A stretch of DNA of 62,944 bases, counting the filler, from Sphacelaria rigidula (taxonomy: Eukaryota), in NCBI GenBank assembly GCA_964200075.2. It is 7 parts of 7 records of this genome, joined end to end, with 100 filler letters (N's around TTAATTAATTAA, not from the genome) between each part and the next. Parts side by side here need not be neighbours in the genome. Positions count along the whole stretch, not along the records: positions 54,040 to 62,944 come from CAXNAA020009789.1; 6 more parts are not named here. The stretch is one strand, 5' to 3'. The notes below the pieces were generated by a model. The model was given only the letters and a program-made list of their open reading frames with translations. It made no database searches and was not told the origin of the DNA. How positions within the stretch are numbered: position 1 is the stretch's first letter; each line of letters opens with the position of its first letter. A program made the translations under genes and the position numbers. This document shows, one piece after another, positions 60,401 to 62,944 of this stretch.

Positions 60401-62467
60401 AGCCGGGAACACCTTCGAGTAGACGGAAGCACACCCCCGCAAACCATCACCAGAAAGAGGGGGAAAATAACGACATGAGATACAAGATAAAAAGTATCAA
60501 CACAGGCCGGCGCGAGTCGCAGCGCTAACTTCGGAACAACGCTTCCTTGGCAGCAAAAACAGCACCCCTCTACAGCACCTGACCATAAGCGAAGTGTGCC
60601 TACCTGCTTGAAGCTTGCTGCACGCTTCAAGTGCGGACCCGGGAGTCCGCGGAGAGGTTGATCGCATGCACGCTTGAGCATACCCACAATTAAAGGGCAC
60701 ACTAACAATGTTCCGATCTCCTCTCTCCACGTTTGAGGAAATTCAAAGTGTACGCTTGCGTTCGTCGGGGCGATGGTCGTATTTGCTCAAGACTGAAACA
60801 CGCGTCGAACAGAAAGCGAGACAGAGAGTCATCGCTACAGTTTCGGTAAAGTGGTTGTTGTGCAGCACCAACGTGGCATATCTCGTACTGTGGTGTCTCC
60901 TACATCACTTTAGCGTAATTGGTAAGTTCAAGTTTGTGGGGGCCAAGAGAAGAATAAGTTCGCGATATCGGCTGCCGTCTTACCCTTGGCTGGTCCTCGG
61001 GAGGTAGGAATGGGACCATGAGAGTTACCATTCCAGCGTCGCGCCCTCGCGTGAGAAACGCAGCCCGAAGGAGCGGGTTGATGGAAGTGCCGGTCATCCA
61101 TGGCAAGCTGTCGAGGTCGCAGTCGTTGTGTGTGGGTATCCAGCAAAACGGTAATTGCAATCGAAAACGCATCACAATAGCACGCAACAGAGTTAGCTCG
61201 CTGTTGTAGTCGTACGGCAATGTCACGCCTGTTGCGCAGATTGATAAAAGGCTGCCGTAAGGCTAAGAATGGGCGGCGAAAGCCACTCAGACGTGGCTTT
61301 CTTACGGAACGCGAATCCATGCACCGTACAGTTGTACTGTACCGTGTGTTTCCTGTCAAAAGTATTGCTGTGTCTCATCAGATGGTATGGTGCAGGATGT
61401 ACATAGCTACAGCGGGTCACAGGTCCATCAAGTGTTTGTTCTACTGTACCCTCATTCTAGCGTAAGAAGACTTACAGTTTACAGTTTCACCAAGCTGGCT
61501 CAGAACCGGGCCAACGAACAGCTGCTGCAAGTAAAATAAGATGCAGCTCGGTCACTAGTTCATCTACAAGACAGAACAGTATTCAGAACGCCGACAGCAA
61601 ACTATTCCACTAAGACCATACACCGAACATGAACCCGTTCAAGAAAACACTGGAGAAGTAGACCGTATACCGTACTGTGGGCGACCCCGTGTTTCAGGAT
61701 TCAGAATTATTCCTCGGAATTTCAATTATTGTCGGCGACGAATCCAAGATCAACTCGCTAATCCAAGAAACAGCAGAGTCGTCGTTAATGCCGATGGCAA
61801 CTCGAGTGTCTCGAGAACACGAATACACGATGTGCAGCTTCACGTTGTTGCATCTTACCTGGCCGTAGTGATTACCCATACCCTGACCTCGGAGTTGCTC
61901 ATGTCCGTCTCTGGAATGATCTCCTGTTCCTCCGCGGCTTTTTTGGCAGCTCTGTTCCCCACACGCACCGTCGGACAAAGCACCGACAGGCGCCGTTGCG
62001 TTACACAAGAGGAAGTTATACACTGGAAGTATCCCGCGTACTGCGGTTTGGGTGGGGGCATACTATGTGAATGACAGCCGCATTTGTGTACCGTTTCAGT
62101 TTCGGGCCGGACCCGGCATGTGTGGATTCCTATCACTGACTCTGCCCATGTCAACGACCCAGTCGCTACGGTCAGTAGTACAGTTAGTAGTGCAGTCAGT
62201 AGTACAGTCAGGGTCAATCAGTGCAGAGACGATCGCCATGTTCATGATGGAACACACCGAGATGAGAACACAAAAGGGGCTTGCCCTACTTGGTCTGCTT
62301 GAAAACCGACGATAGCAGTCGCTGAACTTCTGATCATCACCTTCTCTCACGAGCCTGTTTGGTGAACCAATCGTTGATCACGCCAATCGCCGCGTTCCTT
62401 CCCGCCAGGTGTGCTCGCCCAACGCTCTCAACGGACATCGCACTCGCGGTAACAATGGCTCGTTGAC
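54441..62467 (-). CDS. DGD1: Digalactosyldiacylglycerol (DGDG) synthase, GT4 glycosyltransferase; partial at both ends
   Basis: Phase-consistent GT-AG exons 62467-62341, 61951-61859, 61107-60984, 60412-60305, 59407-59157, 58052-57899, 57048-56803, 56144-55951, 54627-54441. Signature motifs [117 protein letters not shown]. The paralogue number is not determinable. Confidence 0.96.
58712..58960 (-). mobile_element. tRNA-derived SINE in a DGD intron
   Basis: Head GCCCCGGTGGCTCAGTTGGTAAC..CTTCTGA..GGGTTCCAATCTC (A-box and B-box-like, TCT in the anticodon position). Followed by ~170 bp of non-tRNA body and a CTAGAAACAACTAGAAAAGAAAA tail. The acceptor stem does not close. Confidence 0.75.
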
Positions 62468-62944
62468 CTGTTCCCACCCCTACTAGCGCGGCGATGCTGA
62501 CGGAAGCCGAAAATAAAAACGATCGGTAGCCACCCTGTCTTTTACCTACTACTTGTGTGCGTGCCGCACTGGTTTTTGTTTCCATTGCGTGGTTACAGGT
62601 GTGGAGGGAGTCAAGCCTCACGTGCTCCGGGTATAAGAAAGGTCTATGCTATGACGCTGCAAGAGACAAAAGTATAGTACTTCAATATACATACTGTACA
62701 ATATATGAAAACATGTAATACGATACTTGTAGACAGTGAAACAAACTTAGAACTTTCGTACCAAGACTATCATAAAAGCAAGTGATCATCGAACGGCAAT
62801 GGTTGTAATGGAAGAGCACGAAACCGAAAAACAGGCGAAACTACCATATTGAGATTACTGATGGTCATATTCCATTACTATTACTACTATTGTCTAGGTC
62901 AACAAGGGGCCCTACAGACTGGAAAACGGTTTATACCCCCCCCC

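Overview
This is eukaryotic, intron-rich, repeat-dense DNA, most likely from a brown alga (inferred from gene structure, a DGDG synthase, a flagellar CCDC96 and the style of the RTE-LINE and tRNA-SINE). It is not one locus. Seven contigs of 8908, 8908, 8906, 8906, 8906, 8905 and 8905 bp, apparently sorted by length, are joined by artificial 100-bp N44-TTAATTAATTAA-N44 spacers, so adjacency across spacers is meaningless. Host genes: a 9-exon partial digalactosyldiacylglycerol synthase (54441-62467, -), the 3' end of CCDC96/CFAP184 (27199-28017, +), a convergent 10-exon uncharacterised gene with an internally duplicated domain and a GC-AG intron (28661-35375, -), a low-complexity gene (11272-17320, -) and weaker exon sets near 40-43 kb. 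The rest is mostly degenerate, nested transposons: a chromovirus-type Ty3/Gypsy relic, a Ty1/Copia inside an RTE-like LINE, an intron-containing pogo transposase, Plavaka/CACTA-like relics, a tRNA-derived SINE, MITEs and foldbacks. No CRISPR array, rRNA or convincing tRNA gene was seen. The most novel-looking signal is a PWWP/Tudor-like module downstream of the Gypsy integrase chromodomain. All alignments and domain calls were made by eye, without database searches.
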